Virus record (IMG/VR): IMGVR_UViG_3300036857_000203
Coordinates: 1-64,000 of that record
Source of the DNA: a virus
Direction: 5' to 3' (one strand)
Length of the DNA stretch: 64,000 nt
This document shows, one piece after another, positions 10,511 through 20,348 of this stretch. The notes beneath the pieces are model-generated. The model ran no database searches and was not told where the DNA came from. It saw only the letters and a program-made list of their open reading frames with translations. Each line of letters starts with the position of its first letter. Position 1 is the stretch's first letter. The position numbers were made by a program, and so were the translations under genes.

Positions 10511-12097
10511 ATGGCCGATATCCCGCCCTGGCTCTCTGTGATGCGGACCCTGACCGGGACCAAGGAGGTCTCAGGTCCCGAAGCCAACCCCGTCATTACC
10601 GGCATGACCACGGAGATTGCCCGCATCTGGGAGGATGTCCCGGGCATGGCGACCTACTGTAACCAGCCCGCCTGGGACAGCGACGAGACGGCATGGTGTG
10701 GGGTGGCCGCCGGCTTCTGTGTCAGCGAGGCCGGCTATATGCCCCCGTTCGGGGCAACCGACACCGACAAGTTCGGCTGGGCCGATAGCTTCCGCACCGA
10801 TCCCAACTTTGTGCAGCTCTCGGACTATGTGCCGGGTGCGATCGTAGTGATGACTAGAAGTGGCGGTAATCACGTCACGTTCTACGAGAGCGATGCCGGC
10901 GGCGGCTACATCAACTGCCGGGGTGGCAACCAGAGCAACAGCGTGAACGTCTCCTCGTTCGCGAAGTCTGGCGTCACCGGGATCATGTGGCCGCGCGAAG
11001 CGCCGATGCCGGACATCCCGCGCGGCACCATCCAGAAAGGCTCGAAGGGGCCGGACGTCGTGGCCTGCCAGACGATCCTCGGGGTGTACCCGGCGGACGG
11101 AGACTTCGGAAGCATCACTGACAGTGCCGTGCGTGGCTATCAGGCAGCGTGTTCTATCTCGGTCGACGGCGTGGTCGGCCCCACCACCTGGGGCAAGCTC
11201 GATGATCTCGACCTGCGAGTAAAGAAGGGCAACGACGGGCTCCCTCCTGAGTTGATCGGCGAGATCGTCGACGTTGCCGAGAATAGCGCCATCGCGAACT
11301 TCAGCTGGAAGGATCGCGGCAAGGCGCCGCTTGGCTACACCGCCGGTATAGCCCTCTGCTTCGCGCTCGCCCTTGACCGGCTCAATGCCGAGGACGAGGC
11401 GGCCTGGGAGATGGCCAAGGCCAACACCCACAACGCCGACAAGGACGTATTCGCTTGGTACGCGAGTGAGTTCACCAGCCAGGGCATGGACAACAGCGAA
11501 GATGCCGATCCGGAAGATCGGCTACGGCACCTGTTCGCCTTCATGCTGGGCCTGGGGCCACGAGAGTCCTCTGGCCGGTACCCCGAGGGCCGCGATCAGT
11601 CCGCGAGCAACGTGTCCGCCGACACAGCCGAGGCGGGAATGTTCCAGACCTCCTGGGATGTTCGCTCGTGCAGCGAGAACATCCCGCCGCTGCTCACCCA
11701 ATACTGGGCCAACCCCTGCGGCTTCCGCGAGGCGTTCAAGAAGGGTGTCACGCTCAAGTCATCTGATCTGGGAGGCTATGGCAGTGGACCCGGTGCGCAG
11801 TACCAGTTCCTGTCAAAGTTCGCACCCTGCTTTCATGCTCTAGTCACTGCGCTGGGGCTCAGGGATCGGCGCCAGCACTGGGGTCCGGTGAACCGCAAGG
11901 AGGTGCAGCTGCGGGCCGAGGCCGATCAGATGCTCTCTGCCGTGCAAGCGATGGTCGAGGATGCGCCGGAACCGGAGCCGCCCGAGCCTGAGCCGAGCGC
12001 GAACCGGGTCGACATCATCGCTGAGCACGTTGACGAGATCACCATCACCGGGGATGTCGATGTCACCCTCAATGGCGAGCCCTATGAGCAGCAGTAA
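10511..12097 (+). CDS. Modular endolysin: CHAP/NlpC-like (TIGR02594-like) domain, peptidoglycan-binding domain and a third putative catalytic domain
   Basis: DETAWCG..GNHVTFY..GGNQSNSV; GSKGPDV..DGDFGSITDSAVRGYQ..DGVVGPTTW; RESSGRY..AGMFQTSW. Confidence 0.85.
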   Translation: MADIPPWLSVMRTLTGTKEVSGPEANPVITGMTTEIARIWEDVPGMATYCNQPAWDSDETAWCGVAAGFCVSEAGYMPPFGATDTDKFGWADSFRTDPNFVQLSDYVPGAIVVMTRSGGNHVTFYESDAGGGYINCRGGNQSNSVNVSSFAKSGVTGIMWPREAPMPDIPRGTIQKGSKGPDVVACQTILGVYPADGDFGSITDSAVRGYQAACSISVDGVVGPTTWGKLDDLDLRVKKGNDGLPPELIGEIVDVAENSAIANFSWKDRGKAPLGYTAGIALCFALALDRLNAEDEAAWEMAKANTHNADKDVFAWYASEFTSQGMDNSEDADPEDRLRHLFAFMLGLGPRESSGRYPEGRDQSASNVSADTAEAGMFQTSWDVRSCSENIPPLLTQYWANPCGFREAFKKGVTLKSSDLGGYGSGPGAQYQFLSKFAPCFHALVTALGLRDRRQHWGPVNRKEVQLRAEADQMLSAVQAMVEDAPEPEPPEPEPSANRVDIIAEHVDEITITGDVDVTLNGEPYEQQ

Positions 12098-12336
12098 TCT
12101 GCCCATGCACACGCTTCCGCAGCATCAGTATCCCAGGCTGCGGGGTTATCAGGTGGGAGAGGACGGTGAGGTCACTGTTCATCTTTGTCTCGGCCTTCCT
12201 TGTTGTGGTCTTGATCTGCTGATCGAGCACCCGCCCACCATGACGGCGCTGGAACTCTACCGCATTGCGGGGGAGTTCGTTGCAATGCGGGAGCGAGTCA
12301 AGCAGCTACCGAGCTTCCAGAGCTGTCGGATACCCC

Positions 12337-12549
12337 ATGAGCCCGACCGCTGAGATCGGTAAGACGGCAAACGCCGCGATCGAGGCGCTCAAGACCTCGC
12401 CGGCCTTGCTCGTCCTGACGATCTTCATGGTGCTCTACATCGGCTTCAACAGCTATCTGGGCCTGCAGGAGCGCGATCGATGGAAGGAGCTGGTCGAGAC
12501 CGCCATGAAGTGGTGTCCGGCAGGCACGTATGAGAGGCCGAAACAATGA
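12337..12549 (+). CDS. Small membrane protein (lysis cassette)
   Basis: One TM helix; resembles 13047-13247 (ALKTSPALLVL vs ALSSTPLVLSL; ..RW...AM/L..C). Confidence 0.55.
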   Translation: MSPTAEIGKTANAAIEALKTSPALLVLTIFMVLYIGFNSYLGLQERDRWKELVETAMKWCPAGTYERPKQ

Positions 12550-12720
12550 GGCGTGAACGGGTCAAGCAGCTTCCGGCGTTCAGTGTGTGCGCGGTTCCCC
12601 ATGAGCAAGGTTGAGTTCAACCTTGGAGGGGTGCTGCGCTTCATCACTGAGCCGGATAACGCCGGAGCCTTCTTCACGATCCGCTATCGAGACTTCGAGA
12701 TAACCGCAAGAGGGAAAGAT

Positions 12721-13050
12721 ATGGCATACACACTGTCGGTTGGCACACAAGTTCATGTTCAGGTTGCCTACGTCGACTCGGCCGGCAATCCCGCCACGGT
12801 TGATGGTGAGGTGGGCTGGAACAGTTCCGACGAGACAATCGCCACGGTCACGGTCGAGAGTGGCGATACGACGAAGGCGTTGGTCCAGGCTGTTGGCAAG
12901 CTCGGACAGGTTCAGATCACGGCCACGGCAGATGCCGATCTTGGCGATGGCGTGCGCCCGCTGGTGACGCCAATGGATGTCGAGATCGTGGCTGGCGAGG
13001 CGGTGGCCGGAACCATTACCCCGGTGGGCGCCGCTGAGCCGATCCCGTGA
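12721..13050 (+). CDS. Ig-like domain protein
   Basis: YVDSAGNPATVDG.V.WNSSDETIATV..GQVQITATADADLG. Confidence 0.6.
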   Translation: MAYTLSVGTQVHVQVAYVDSAGNPATVDGEVGWNSSDETIATVTVESGDTTKALVQAVGKLGQVQITATADADLGDGVRPLVTPMDVEIVAGEAVAGTITPVGAAEPIP

Positions 13051-13247
13051 ACTCTGGCATCACAGAACAAGCTGGCAAGACAGCACAGGCGACCATCTCG
13101 GCGCTGAGCAGCACGCCTCTGGTCTTGTCGCTGGTGATCTTCAACATCCTGTTCATGGGGCTGATCGCCTGGAGTACGCACGAGAGTGGCGCGCGCTGGG
13201 AGCGGATGATGCAGAAGGCTCTGGAGACTTGCGCCTCGAAGACATGA
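13047..13247 (+). CDS. Small membrane protein (lysis cassette)
   Basis: One TM helix; paralogue of 12337-12549. Confidence 0.55.
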   Translation: MNSGITEQAGKTAQATISALSSTPLVLSLVIFNILFMGLIAWSTHESGARWERMMQKALETCASKT

Positions 13248-13627
13248 CGTTTGGCACCCGGTTCCTGCTTACGGTCGTGATCGTGCTGGCGATCCTGTTC
13301 GCGCTGGCAGCGTTGGGCTATTTCACCGGCAACTGGGATGAGGACGAGAGCGCGCGGCCGGGATACGGGCTGGCGAGCGCGAAGAGCCAGATCATCCAGC
13401 CGGAAATATGTATGGACGAAGCCACGCGCGAGCGTATTCGCGACATCGTACTGGAAGGCATAGACGAGGCCCTCAAAGAGCACACCAAGCACATCTTCTC
13501 TATCTGGTTAAAGGACAGCACCGACCAGCCACGACGAGCGGTCACCGGCATGGCAACCGGCATTCGTGCATATCTCGGGAGTCGAGCAAACGCTTTGAAG
13601 TGGATGCCACCCGTATGTCCGGGATGA
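13244..13627 (+). CDS. Membrane-anchored hypothetical protein (spanin-like position)
   Basis: N-terminal TM helix followed by a helical domain; last gene of the rightward operon. Confidence 0.5.
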   Translation: MTFGTRFLLTVVIVLAILFALAALGYFTGNWDEDESARPGYGLASAKSQIIQPEICMDEATRERIRDIVLEGIDEALKEHTKHIFSIWLKDSTDQPRRAVTGMATGIRAYLGSRANALKWMPPVCPG

Positions 13628-13926
13628 AGAACCCCGGCGCTGGATGACGCTCATACGGTGGTGATCAGTCCAGCTGCAGCTTGCTGAAGCGCGCCTCGGC
13701 CGGGTCGGGTGGCTCTGGTTTGGGAGGCTCTGGTTTGGGAGCCAGTGATGCCGGCGGCCGGGACAGAGACAGATACCTGTACAGCTCCGTATACTGGTTC
13801 GTCTGTGCCAGAGCCATCTGCTCGGCCTGTTGTCGCTGCGCTTCCATCGATCGATAGTAGGCAGCGGGGGGAGGCGGATCGCAGACGCCAAGCACGACGG
13901 GTGGCCCTCCTCCGCTCTTGCACATG

Positions 13927-14307
13927 TCACTTCCCATTGTAGCGCTGGAAGCTCTGCAGCAGCTCGCTCGACATATCCTCCAAGTCGCGCTCTAGCTTCT
14001 GGAGTTCCTCCCACCTCGCCTTTGCTTTGGCACGCTGCTCCTCTGCTTCCGCTTCGATCTGGTGGAGGAGGCCCTCCGCGCGAGTGACTTGGCGGCGCGC
14101 CGCTTCGATGGCTGCGTCGTAGAGCTTGTCAGTGAGTTCGACAAAGCGTGGTACTCCTTGGTTATGATGCAGCGGCGGCTTGTTGGGTGGGCGCGCATTG
14201 AGATCGCGGGCCACACCCTTCAGCGCCGCTTCGACGCGGCTAATATCATGCGCCGTGTCGGCATTCGCCAGCACCTGCTTCATCGGTACCTTCTGTTGCT
14301 CGTCCAT
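13927..14307 (-). CDS. Coiled-coil hypothetical protein
   Basis: AAAGGA RBS; heptad-rich C-terminus. Confidence 0.6.
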   Translation of the reverse strand: MDEQQKVPMKQVLANADTAHDISRVEAALKGVARDLNARPPNKPPLHHNQGVPRFVELTDKLYDAAIEAARRQVTRAEGLLHQIEAEAEEQRAKAKARWEELQKLERDLEDMSSELLQSFQRYNGK

Positions 14308-14522
14308 TGTCGTGTCCTTTCACTCGCCTAAGTCTCACATCCTTGACGATCTCGCGGCCCAGCTCGGTGATCTCCCAGCCGTCAGGGTCGGAAACCTTGC
14401 GCAGGTAGCCTCGGATCACCAGCGCACGCCACACTCCATAAGGGAAGTTGATCTTCTCCCGCGAGCTGAACGGCAGGTAGTCGACTGCCGCAGCAGCCTT
14501 CAGCACGATGCACTGTCGCCAG

Positions 14523-14972
14523 CTAAGCAGTACGCTCACGCAGCATTGCCTCGATCTCATCACGCAGTTGCTTGCGCGTAATCCCTGGCATGATTTCTTC
14601 GATGATCACGTTGGTGATCTTCTCCGTCAGAAGGCGGAGCTGTTCGTCGCTGATTCGCGTCAGGCTCTTACCCTTGGCCTCGATCTTACGTGTGTGTGGA
14701 TCGTAGATCGCTTTGCTGTAGCCGACACGCACCTTGAACGCTTCCATGGCATGATCCTTGTCGAGAAATTCGTCCGAATTGTTTGCAACAAGATGAACGA
14801 GAGCCCAAAGATACCGTAGCAACTGGATGTTCTTCTCACGTCTGATGGTGGCAGTCACATCGCTGTCCATGGAGATGATATGCAGGTCCTCTTCCGCCAT
14901 TTCAGAGGACGGAAACAATCCGACCTCACCACGATAGTGGGCACGACGCTTTCGAAGAAAGGTTTCGATCAC
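14523..14972 (-). CDS. NinB/DUF1367-like recombination accessory protein
   Basis: GTG start after AGGAGG. RREKNIQLLRYLWAL..FKVRVGY..KSLTRISDEQ. Located downstream of the ERF gene. Confidence 0.6.
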   Translation of the reverse strand: MIETFLRKRRAHYRGEVGLFPSSEMAEEDLHIISMDSDVTATIRREKNIQLLRYLWALVHLVANNSDEFLDKDHAMEAFKVRVGYSKAIYDPHTRKIEAKGKSLTRISDEQLRLLTEKITNVIIEEIMPGITRKQLRDEIEAMLRERTA

Positions 14973-14987
14973 GTCGCGCCCCTCCTT

Positions 14988-15069
14988 GCCTGCCTCACCT
15001 CGCCGAGCCAAGCCACACCGAGGCCTGTCTTGCCGTGACGAGCCAAGCCGAGCCGAGCCGCGCCATGAA
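14988..15069 (-). ncRNA. Stand-alone GGC-NN guide unit B (14 pentamers plus GGCAGGC end)
   Basis: Intergenic minus-strand sequence AT GGC GC GGC TC GGC TC GGC TT GGC TC GTC AC GGC AA GAC AG GCC TC GGT GT GGC TT GGC TC GGC GA GGT GA GGCA GGC; same grammar as the main array. Confidence 0.8.
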
Positions 15070-15075
15070 CGGGCA

Positions 15076-16212
15076 TCATTGGGTGCTCGGCAACCCTCCG
15101 CCCGTATCCTCATCATCCGGCGGATTGAGCCGCATCTCGGTGCGCTGCCATTCCGCCATCAGCATGCTCCAGTCGCTCTCATCAAAGTCGTTCTCGCGTG
15201 GGGCGACATACTGGTTCCAGAACGCCTCGGCAGCTTCCATGCTTTGCAGCTGGGCGAGTTGATTGGCGACCCAGTTCAGCGCCTCGCCTGGGTCGCTCGG
15301 CATGTTGCCGCCGCCGACCTCCGACAGGTCATTGAGCCGGCGTCCAGTCGCGGCCTGAATCATGTCGTAGGTGCCGGGGAAGTTATCGCTGATGTTCTGC
15401 AAGATCGGCTCGTTGATCGCATCCCAGGCTCTCACCTCGTCCACCGACTGCGCCTTGCCGATGTAGCGGATGAAGGCGCTCGCCCACTCATCTGGGCCCT
15501 TGCCCTGGCCAAGCACGATGCGATGCGGCTTGCTGTCGTCTGGTGTTGTCTGCGCGGGCGCCGTCTCGGCTGGCCGCTGCGAGGGCCCCGGCACCGGAGC
15601 CTTCTCCTGACGCTGATTCGCGTCCTCGTCTACATCGGGGAAGTCACCGGCAGGCACCTGGAACAAGGCCAGCAGGAAGTATTTGCGCGCGTTGGTGTGG
15701 CACTTGGCGACCGCCTTCTCGTCCCAGTTGCCCTTGCGATCGCGCGAGATGCACACCCCTGTGAAGCGCGGCTTCTCGGGCCATACCTCGCCCGATGAGT
15801 GGAGGATGCTGAACTCGTAGGTGACCGCGAGCCGGTTGCCCTCCAGTATCTCCTTGGAGACCTCGTTCTGGATCACGGCCAGACCAGCGGCGCCCATCAG
15901 CGGCGTCACCGCATAGAGCACGTCCTCCATGCGGGCATAGTTGTAGCCGAAGTACTCGTTCCGGCCCCGCTTCTCGATGGTATCGACCTTGGACATGACG
16001 GCGGCGATGGCGCCGGCAATGTGCCCGACCGGTGAGCGAAAGAACGGCGTTTCGCTGCGCGGAGCCACCGGGCCACCGTTGGTCTTCTGCGGGAGGGCCT
16101 GCTGCTCGCGCACGGCAATGGCGCGCTGAGCAATACCGCCGCCGAGGCCGCCCGGGCTCGGCTCTTTAGGCGTTGGGCTTGGAACGAGGGGCCGGCGTGG
16201 GGTGGTGGTCAT
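15076..16212 (-). CDS. ERF-family single-strand annealing recombinase
   Basis: IEKRGRNEYFGYNYARMEDV..GLAVIQ..KAVAKCHTNARKYFLLALFQVPAGD. Confidence 0.85.
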   Translation of the reverse strand: MTTTPRRPLVPSPTPKEPSPGGLGGGIAQRAIAVREQQALPQKTNGGPVAPRSETPFFRSPVGHIAGAIAAVMSKVDTIEKRGRNEYFGYNYARMEDVLYAVTPLMGAAGLAVIQNEVSKEILEGNRLAVTYEFSILHSSGEVWPEKPRFTGVCISRDRKGNWDEKAVAKCHTNARKYFLLALFQVPAGDFPDVDEDANQRQEKAPVPGPSQRPAETAPAQTTPDDSKPHRIVLGQGKGPDEWASAFIRYIGKAQSVDEVRAWDAINEPILQNISDNFPGTYDMIQAATGRRLNDLSEVGGGNMPSDPGEALNWVANQLAQLQSMEAAEAFWNQYVAPRENDFDESDWSMLMAEWQRTEMRLNPPDDEDTGGGLPSTQ

Positions 16213-16565
16213 TGGTCATCCTTCCAATCGTCTTCCTGTTCCTTGATCCTGGCTTTCAGCGCATCAACCGCAGCCTTGTTCTCGAAATGCAGTTCTCGCA
16301 TAGAGACAGTGCACTCTGTCGTGTATTCGTTAGGTTCTTGGATGTGCAAGCCGTCCTCGTAGAAGTAGAACGCGGCGTTCTTCAGGTACGTCTCGATTGC
16401 CTCGTGGATGATCTTGCGAATGAGGGAGTGAAACAGCGATTCATCGACGTTGATGTCGATCGAGTAGCGATCTTTGTCGATCGATACTGCCTTCCACAGG
16501 TCTTCGGGCCATTCACCCAGCTCCCAGGCCGTCAGGTCAACCTTGATAAGTCGCTTCTTTGTCAC
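16209..16565 (-). CDS. Hypothetical protein
   Basis: Translationally coupled between neighbouring genes. Confidence 0.55.
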   Translation of the reverse strand: MTKKRLIKVDLTAWELGEWPEDLWKAVSIDKDRYSIDINVDESLFHSLIRKIIHEAIETYLKNAAFYFYEDGLHIQEPNEYTTECTVSMRELHFENKAAVDALKARIKEQEDDWKDDQ

Positions 16566-17467
16566 ACGGCCCTCGCGTCCTCGATTACGGTAACTCCTGG
16601 AACCTTGGCCCCCGCACGCACCGCCCTGTTGGCGAGCATCTGCACGGTGCCCCTCACGTCTTCGCTGTCCTCGAAGAACTTCAGACAGACCGCGTAATCA
16701 TCGATCCGCGCCTTCTTGGTCGACTTGAGCGTCTGGGCGCGGCCACGAGTACCAGCACGGGGACGAGGGGCATCAGCTGCAGCTGGCTCGCCCCTCGCCG
16801 CCGCTGCCTCGGCTTCCTGTTGTTGCGCCTCCGTCTGGCGCTGGAGCCAAGGCGTAGTGAGCCGGTACTTCAGGTTCTTGTAGACCTCGGCGGCAGTCTG
16901 GAGCGGCGACCACCGCGCTTGTATTCGCTTGAGTTCTTCGTCGTGGGGCTTGCGGTCGGCCTTGCGCTGCTCCTCGGCCTTCTTCCAGAGTTCCGCCAGA
17001 CGATCGGCGAGGTTGGCGATCCTGTTGGCTTCGTCCTGGTCCTGGATAGGTCCGCCCTTCAGGCGCTCCTCGGCCTCGCGCGCCAGGGGCTCGATTGCGT
17101 CCCGTAATCCTTCGAAGCTCTCATCGTCGGGCGGCTGGTTGTCGCCCATAGCGACCAGTTCGTGCTCGTCCGGCCACAGCCCACCGTTCTGAGCAACCTC
17201 ACGATAGGCCTGCTCGCTTACTGGGTGCTGACCGACCCGCGTCCAGAGTTCCAGGGCGCGCTGGGGCGTCACATCATCGTCGCCAATACGACAGTGCAGC
17301 TGACCGTTCTCGTTGGGCCAGTACGCGACAGGCCGGAACGTGCGCCGCGCGCCGTAGTGCTCCTTGCGCGGCTCCCGGTAGAACCCAGCCTGTGGGTGGC
17401 TCGGGCTCATCTGCACGGGCTTGCCGTTGAGCCGGTCGTGCCAGTACTGCCATTCCCATTCAGCCAT
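16562..17467 (-). CDS. Conserved phage recombination-region coiled-coil protein
   Basis: MAEWEWQYW..PQAGFYR..; coiled coil ..RKADRKPH..; C-terminal VPGVTVIE; GGAG RBS. Confidence 0.65.
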   Translation of the reverse strand: MAEWEWQYWHDRLNGKPVQMSPSHPQAGFYREPRKEHYGARRTFRPVAYWPNENGQLHCRIGDDDVTPQRALELWTRVGQHPVSEQAYREVAQNGGLWPDEHELVAMGDNQPPDDESFEGLRDAIEPLAREAEERLKGGPIQDQDEANRIANLADRLAELWKKAEEQRKADRKPHDEELKRIQARWSPLQTAAEVYKNLKYRLTTPWLQRQTEAQQQEAEAAAARGEPAAADAPRPRAGTRGRAQTLKSTKKARIDDYAVCLKFFEDSEDVRGTVQMLANRAVRAGAKVPGVTVIEDARAV

Positions 17468-17723
17468 TGCTCCTCCGCACGATGTTGCGCCAGACGCGCT
17501 CTTTGCCGAGTGCCCTCCCAGCGGCTTCAATAGTTGCGTTCTGCGGGCGCTTGGTGCCCTCGGGATTGAACCACGCCCTCATGCAGGCTTGGGATGGGCC
17601 GCCACCCTTCACGACTGATGACAGCTTGGTGTCACCCAGCATCTGCTGGATTTGGTAAATGACCGGGTCTTTGTCGCGGAACGTGTAGGCGCCGTAACCG
17701 TGTCCGTTCTTCTTTGCCATCAC
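17460..17723 (-). CDS. Small HTH-like regulator
   Basis: YTFRDKDPVI..SQACMRAWFNPEGTKRPQNATIEAAGRALG. Confidence 0.6.
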   Translation of the reverse strand: MMAKKNGHGYGAYTFRDKDPVIYQIQQMLGDTKLSSVVKGGGPSQACMRAWFNPEGTKRPQNATIEAAGRALGKERVWRNIVRRSNG

Positions 17724-18082
17724 GCACCTTTAGCCACTGTATAGGTGAAACTACCCGTCTTGCCCTTGCCCGCCTTGCGGCGAGTAAGGACCTTCGCCTT
17801 CAGGGCGCCGTGGAGCACGTTGGAGTAGCTCTTCTCGCTGAGCCCGTGCGTCACACAGAACTCGCGAATCGTGCTCGGCCCCTTCATCTCGGTAATCTTG
17901 TTCTCGCGCAGGTACTGCATCAGCATCCCAACGCGATCCTGCGCTTTCGCGCGCACCTTGCCGTTCTTGACCTGGGCATTGGCGACGGGCTGCGGTGGCT
18001 TCATCTCCAGGACATGCCCGGAGAGCGCCCAAAGCACGTAGGAAAGTTTCCGGTCGTCAACGAATATCTCGATCCTAAACAT
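17720..18082 (-). CDS. Basic hypothetical (winged-helix-like) protein
   Basis: GGAGG RBS; Lys-rich C-terminus. Confidence 0.55.
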   Translation of the reverse strand: MFRIEIFVDDRKLSYVLWALSGHVLEMKPPQPVANAQVKNGKVRAKAQDRVGMLMQYLRENKITEMKGPSTIREFCVTHGLSEKSYSNVLHGALKAKVLTRRKAGKGKTGSFTYTVAKGA

Positions 18083-18142
18083 TGGCTGGCCTCCGATAAC
18101 GACGACGGATGCGCTCGCGGTTGATCTCGTAGAGGTTCTTTC

Positions 18143-18478
18143 TCACTGCAGTGTCCTTCCATAGGGTTGGTGTGGAGAGATCGGCGGCGCCTGGGACTCC
18201 GCCAGGATGTGCTGGTGCATGCGCGTGAGGCATTCGTTGGCGATCTTGTCCAGCTCAGTCTCCATCTCCTTGCGCCACTTCTCGGTGATGCGCGGAGAGA
18301 TAAGCCACATGAAGGCGATGCCGGCGTGGATGCCAGAGCCGAATATCCAGACTAGCTGCGCGGGAGGCTCGTTGTAGCCATAGAGCCCAACCCCAGCGAA
18401 CGCGATGCACATCACCGCGCCGTACGTGATGGAGAAGCCCCTGCTCATCAGCACTTCAAGTGCGCGGTCTGGTTTCAC
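18143..18478 (-). CDS. Two-TM membrane protein
   Basis: Two hydrophobic segments. Confidence 0.5.
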   Translation of the reverse strand: MKPDRALEVLMSRGFSITYGAVMCIAFAGVGLYGYNEPPAQLVWIFGSGIHAGIAFMWLISPRITEKWRKEMETELDKIANECLTRMHQHILAESQAPPISPHQPYGRTLQ

Positions 18479-18601
18479 GTTTCACCTTTGGGAGCGTCAC
18501 CTTCACCTTCTTGGCGCGCTGCGTGTAGATCGCCTTGCGCACGCCCTTGGAGCCCGCGCCCGGCCACCGCTTGGTCTTGTTGAGCGATACCATCCTTGTC
18601 G

Positions 18602-19159
18602 TCATCGCTTCACCACTGTTCCATCCATCTTGCGCTTGAAGCGCTTGTCGAAACCGCGTGAGCGAAGTGTGCGGGCTGGACGAATGGCCACTGCTGAGAC
18701 GTCATCAGCTTTCCGGCACTGTCCGTCCAGCCCTATCCGCAGCTGCGAGACTGCGGAGTTCTTGACTTGTCTGGAGGCCGGACGAGGGGCTGCTGCGACG
18801 TGAGCACCATGTCCAGCATGCCGTTTAGACTCGCCCGACCCTGTCCGCAGCGTAGGTGCTTCCGCTGCGGCATTCATAAACGGTTCGTTCCACGCCCGGA
18901 TGCGTCGGCCCTTGTCGATGATCTTGCGATCTCGCTTTGTCTTCTCACGGTGGGCCTTGATCGGGAGCGGAGTCAAGTTCCAGAACCTGTCGGCATCCGG
19001 GTGGCCACTCTCGTGAAAGATGTTGTGATCAAAGTGGTAGAGCGAGATGATCTGGTCTTCCGTCATCTGCTTTGCGTCGTTATACGGAACACCACCCGGC
19101 AAGCGCAGCAGTGTTGCTGCAAGCTTCGTCTTCAAGCTGATGTGCTTGCGTTTAGCCAC
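18602..19159 (-). CDS. HNH-like endonuclease
   Basis: YHFDHNIFH..WNLTPL..HREKTKRD..FKRKMDGTVVKR. Confidence 0.65.
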   Translation of the reverse strand: MAKRKHISLKTKLAATLLRLPGGVPYNDAKQMTEDQIISLYHFDHNIFHESGHPDADRFWNLTPLPIKAHREKTKRDRKIIDKGRRIRAWNEPFMNAAAEAPTLRTGSGESKRHAGHGAHVAAAPRPASRQVKNSAVSQLRIGLDGQCRKADDVSAVAIRPARTLRSRGFDKRFKRKMDGTVVKR

Positions 19160-19183
19160 ACCCAGATATATACATTACATGCC

Positions 19184-19378
19184 ATGACAGTCAACAACGA
19201 CACCCCAACTATCCAGGTCTCGTTTCGGTTGGATCGCGATCTGGTCGAACGCATGCGCGAGGTTGCGAGTTCCAAGGACTGGCCGCCGCCGCCCAGCCAG
19301 ACCGAGATCGTCTCCCGAGGCATTGAGCTGGTCTTGTCCAAGCTCAAGAGCAAGCGGACTCGGGCGCGCGCAGCATGA
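19184..19378 (+). CDS. Ribbon-helix-helix regulator
   Basis: IQVSFRLDRDLVERMRE..SQTEIVSRGIE; divergent from the leftward operon. Confidence 0.7.
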   Translation: MTVNNDTPTIQVSFRLDRDLVERMREVASSKDWPPPPSQTEIVSRGIELVLSKLKSKRTRARAA

Positions 19379-19498
19379 TGATCCACATCGTGCTGCTGCA
19401 GGGCGTCCGGCCGGTCGAGGCCTGGACCGACAAGCTCTATGCCATGCGCCGGTCGCAGGAGCTTGGCGGTGGAAGTGTGATGACACTGGAGCTTCGCA

Positions 19499-20125
19499 GT
19501 GAGAACACCCCCGAGACCGCTGCCGACAACGCGATCGCGGACGCGGACAGGGAACCCAGGGCGCGACCCGCTCAGCGAACGCGGAGCTGATTGCTATCCG
19601 ACCCCGCCCGAGGCCACCTGGGCTCTCCTGAGAGCTGAGCAATTACCGGAATACATCTGGGAGCCGGCGGCCGGGCGTGGTGCCATCGCGGGCGTGTTGC
19701 GTGAGGCTGGCCACAGGGTCTCCTGCAGCGATCTTGTGGACTACGGCGGCCTGGATCAGCACGCCGACTTCCTGATCACCGTGGGTCCGCCGGTCGGATG
19801 CACCTGCATCGTCACCAACCCTCCCTACAAGCTCGCGGCACCGTTCGTGCGCCATGCGATCAAGCTCGTCCCGAAGGTGTGCATGCTTCTGCGGTTGGCG
19901 TTCCTGGAAGGCACCGGCCGCGACGATATCCTGGACAAGCTCACGAGGGTGCACCTGTTTAAGAACCGGCTCCCGCGCATGCACAGAGACAATTGGAATG
20001 GTCCGAGGGCCACCTCCACGATCGCCTTTGGGTGGTTTATTTGGGAGTGCGAGCACCAGGGGCCGGTCGCGCTGCATCGCATCAGATGGGAGAAGCTAGA
20101 TGGCAATGCGGATCGCGCTGCTTAA
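19499..20125 (+). CDS. DNA amino-(adenine) methyltransferase
   Basis: DCYPTPPEAT..IWEPAAGRGAI (SAM-binding motif I)..IVTNPPY (motif IV); start uncertain. Confidence 0.85.
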   Translation: MRTPPRPLPTTRSRTRTGNPGRDPLSERGADCYPTPPEATWALLRAEQLPEYIWEPAAGRGAIAGVLREAGHRVSCSDLVDYGGLDQHADFLITVGPPVGCTCIVTNPPYKLAAPFVRHAIKLVPKVCMLLRLAFLEGTGRDDILDKLTRVHLFKNRLPRMHRDNWNGPRATSTIAFGWFIWECEHQGPVALHRIRWEKLDGNADRAA

Positions 20126-20336
20126 TACGCAGATAGCTCTGCGCGCGCGCCAGATCGCACACGAGGCGACCAGGACCTGCAAGGGTGAACTGTTGCCCCC
20201 CGATGACGACCATCACACGCCGAAGTGCAACAAGCTCAAGCACGAGATCGAAGACCTCTGTCGGCTAATCAAGCTCGCTTCGCACCAAGGTGAACGGCGC
20301 GAGGAGGCGGAACCGTTTGCGCTGTCGGTGGAATAG
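20100..20336 (+). CDS. Hypothetical protein
   Basis: ORF in the rightward operon. Confidence 0.45.
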   Translation: MAMRIALLNTQIALRARQIAHEATRTCKGELLPPDDDHHTPKCNKLKHEIEDLCRLIKLASHQGERREEAEPFALSVE

Positions 20337-20348
20337 ATTGGTAGTTCG

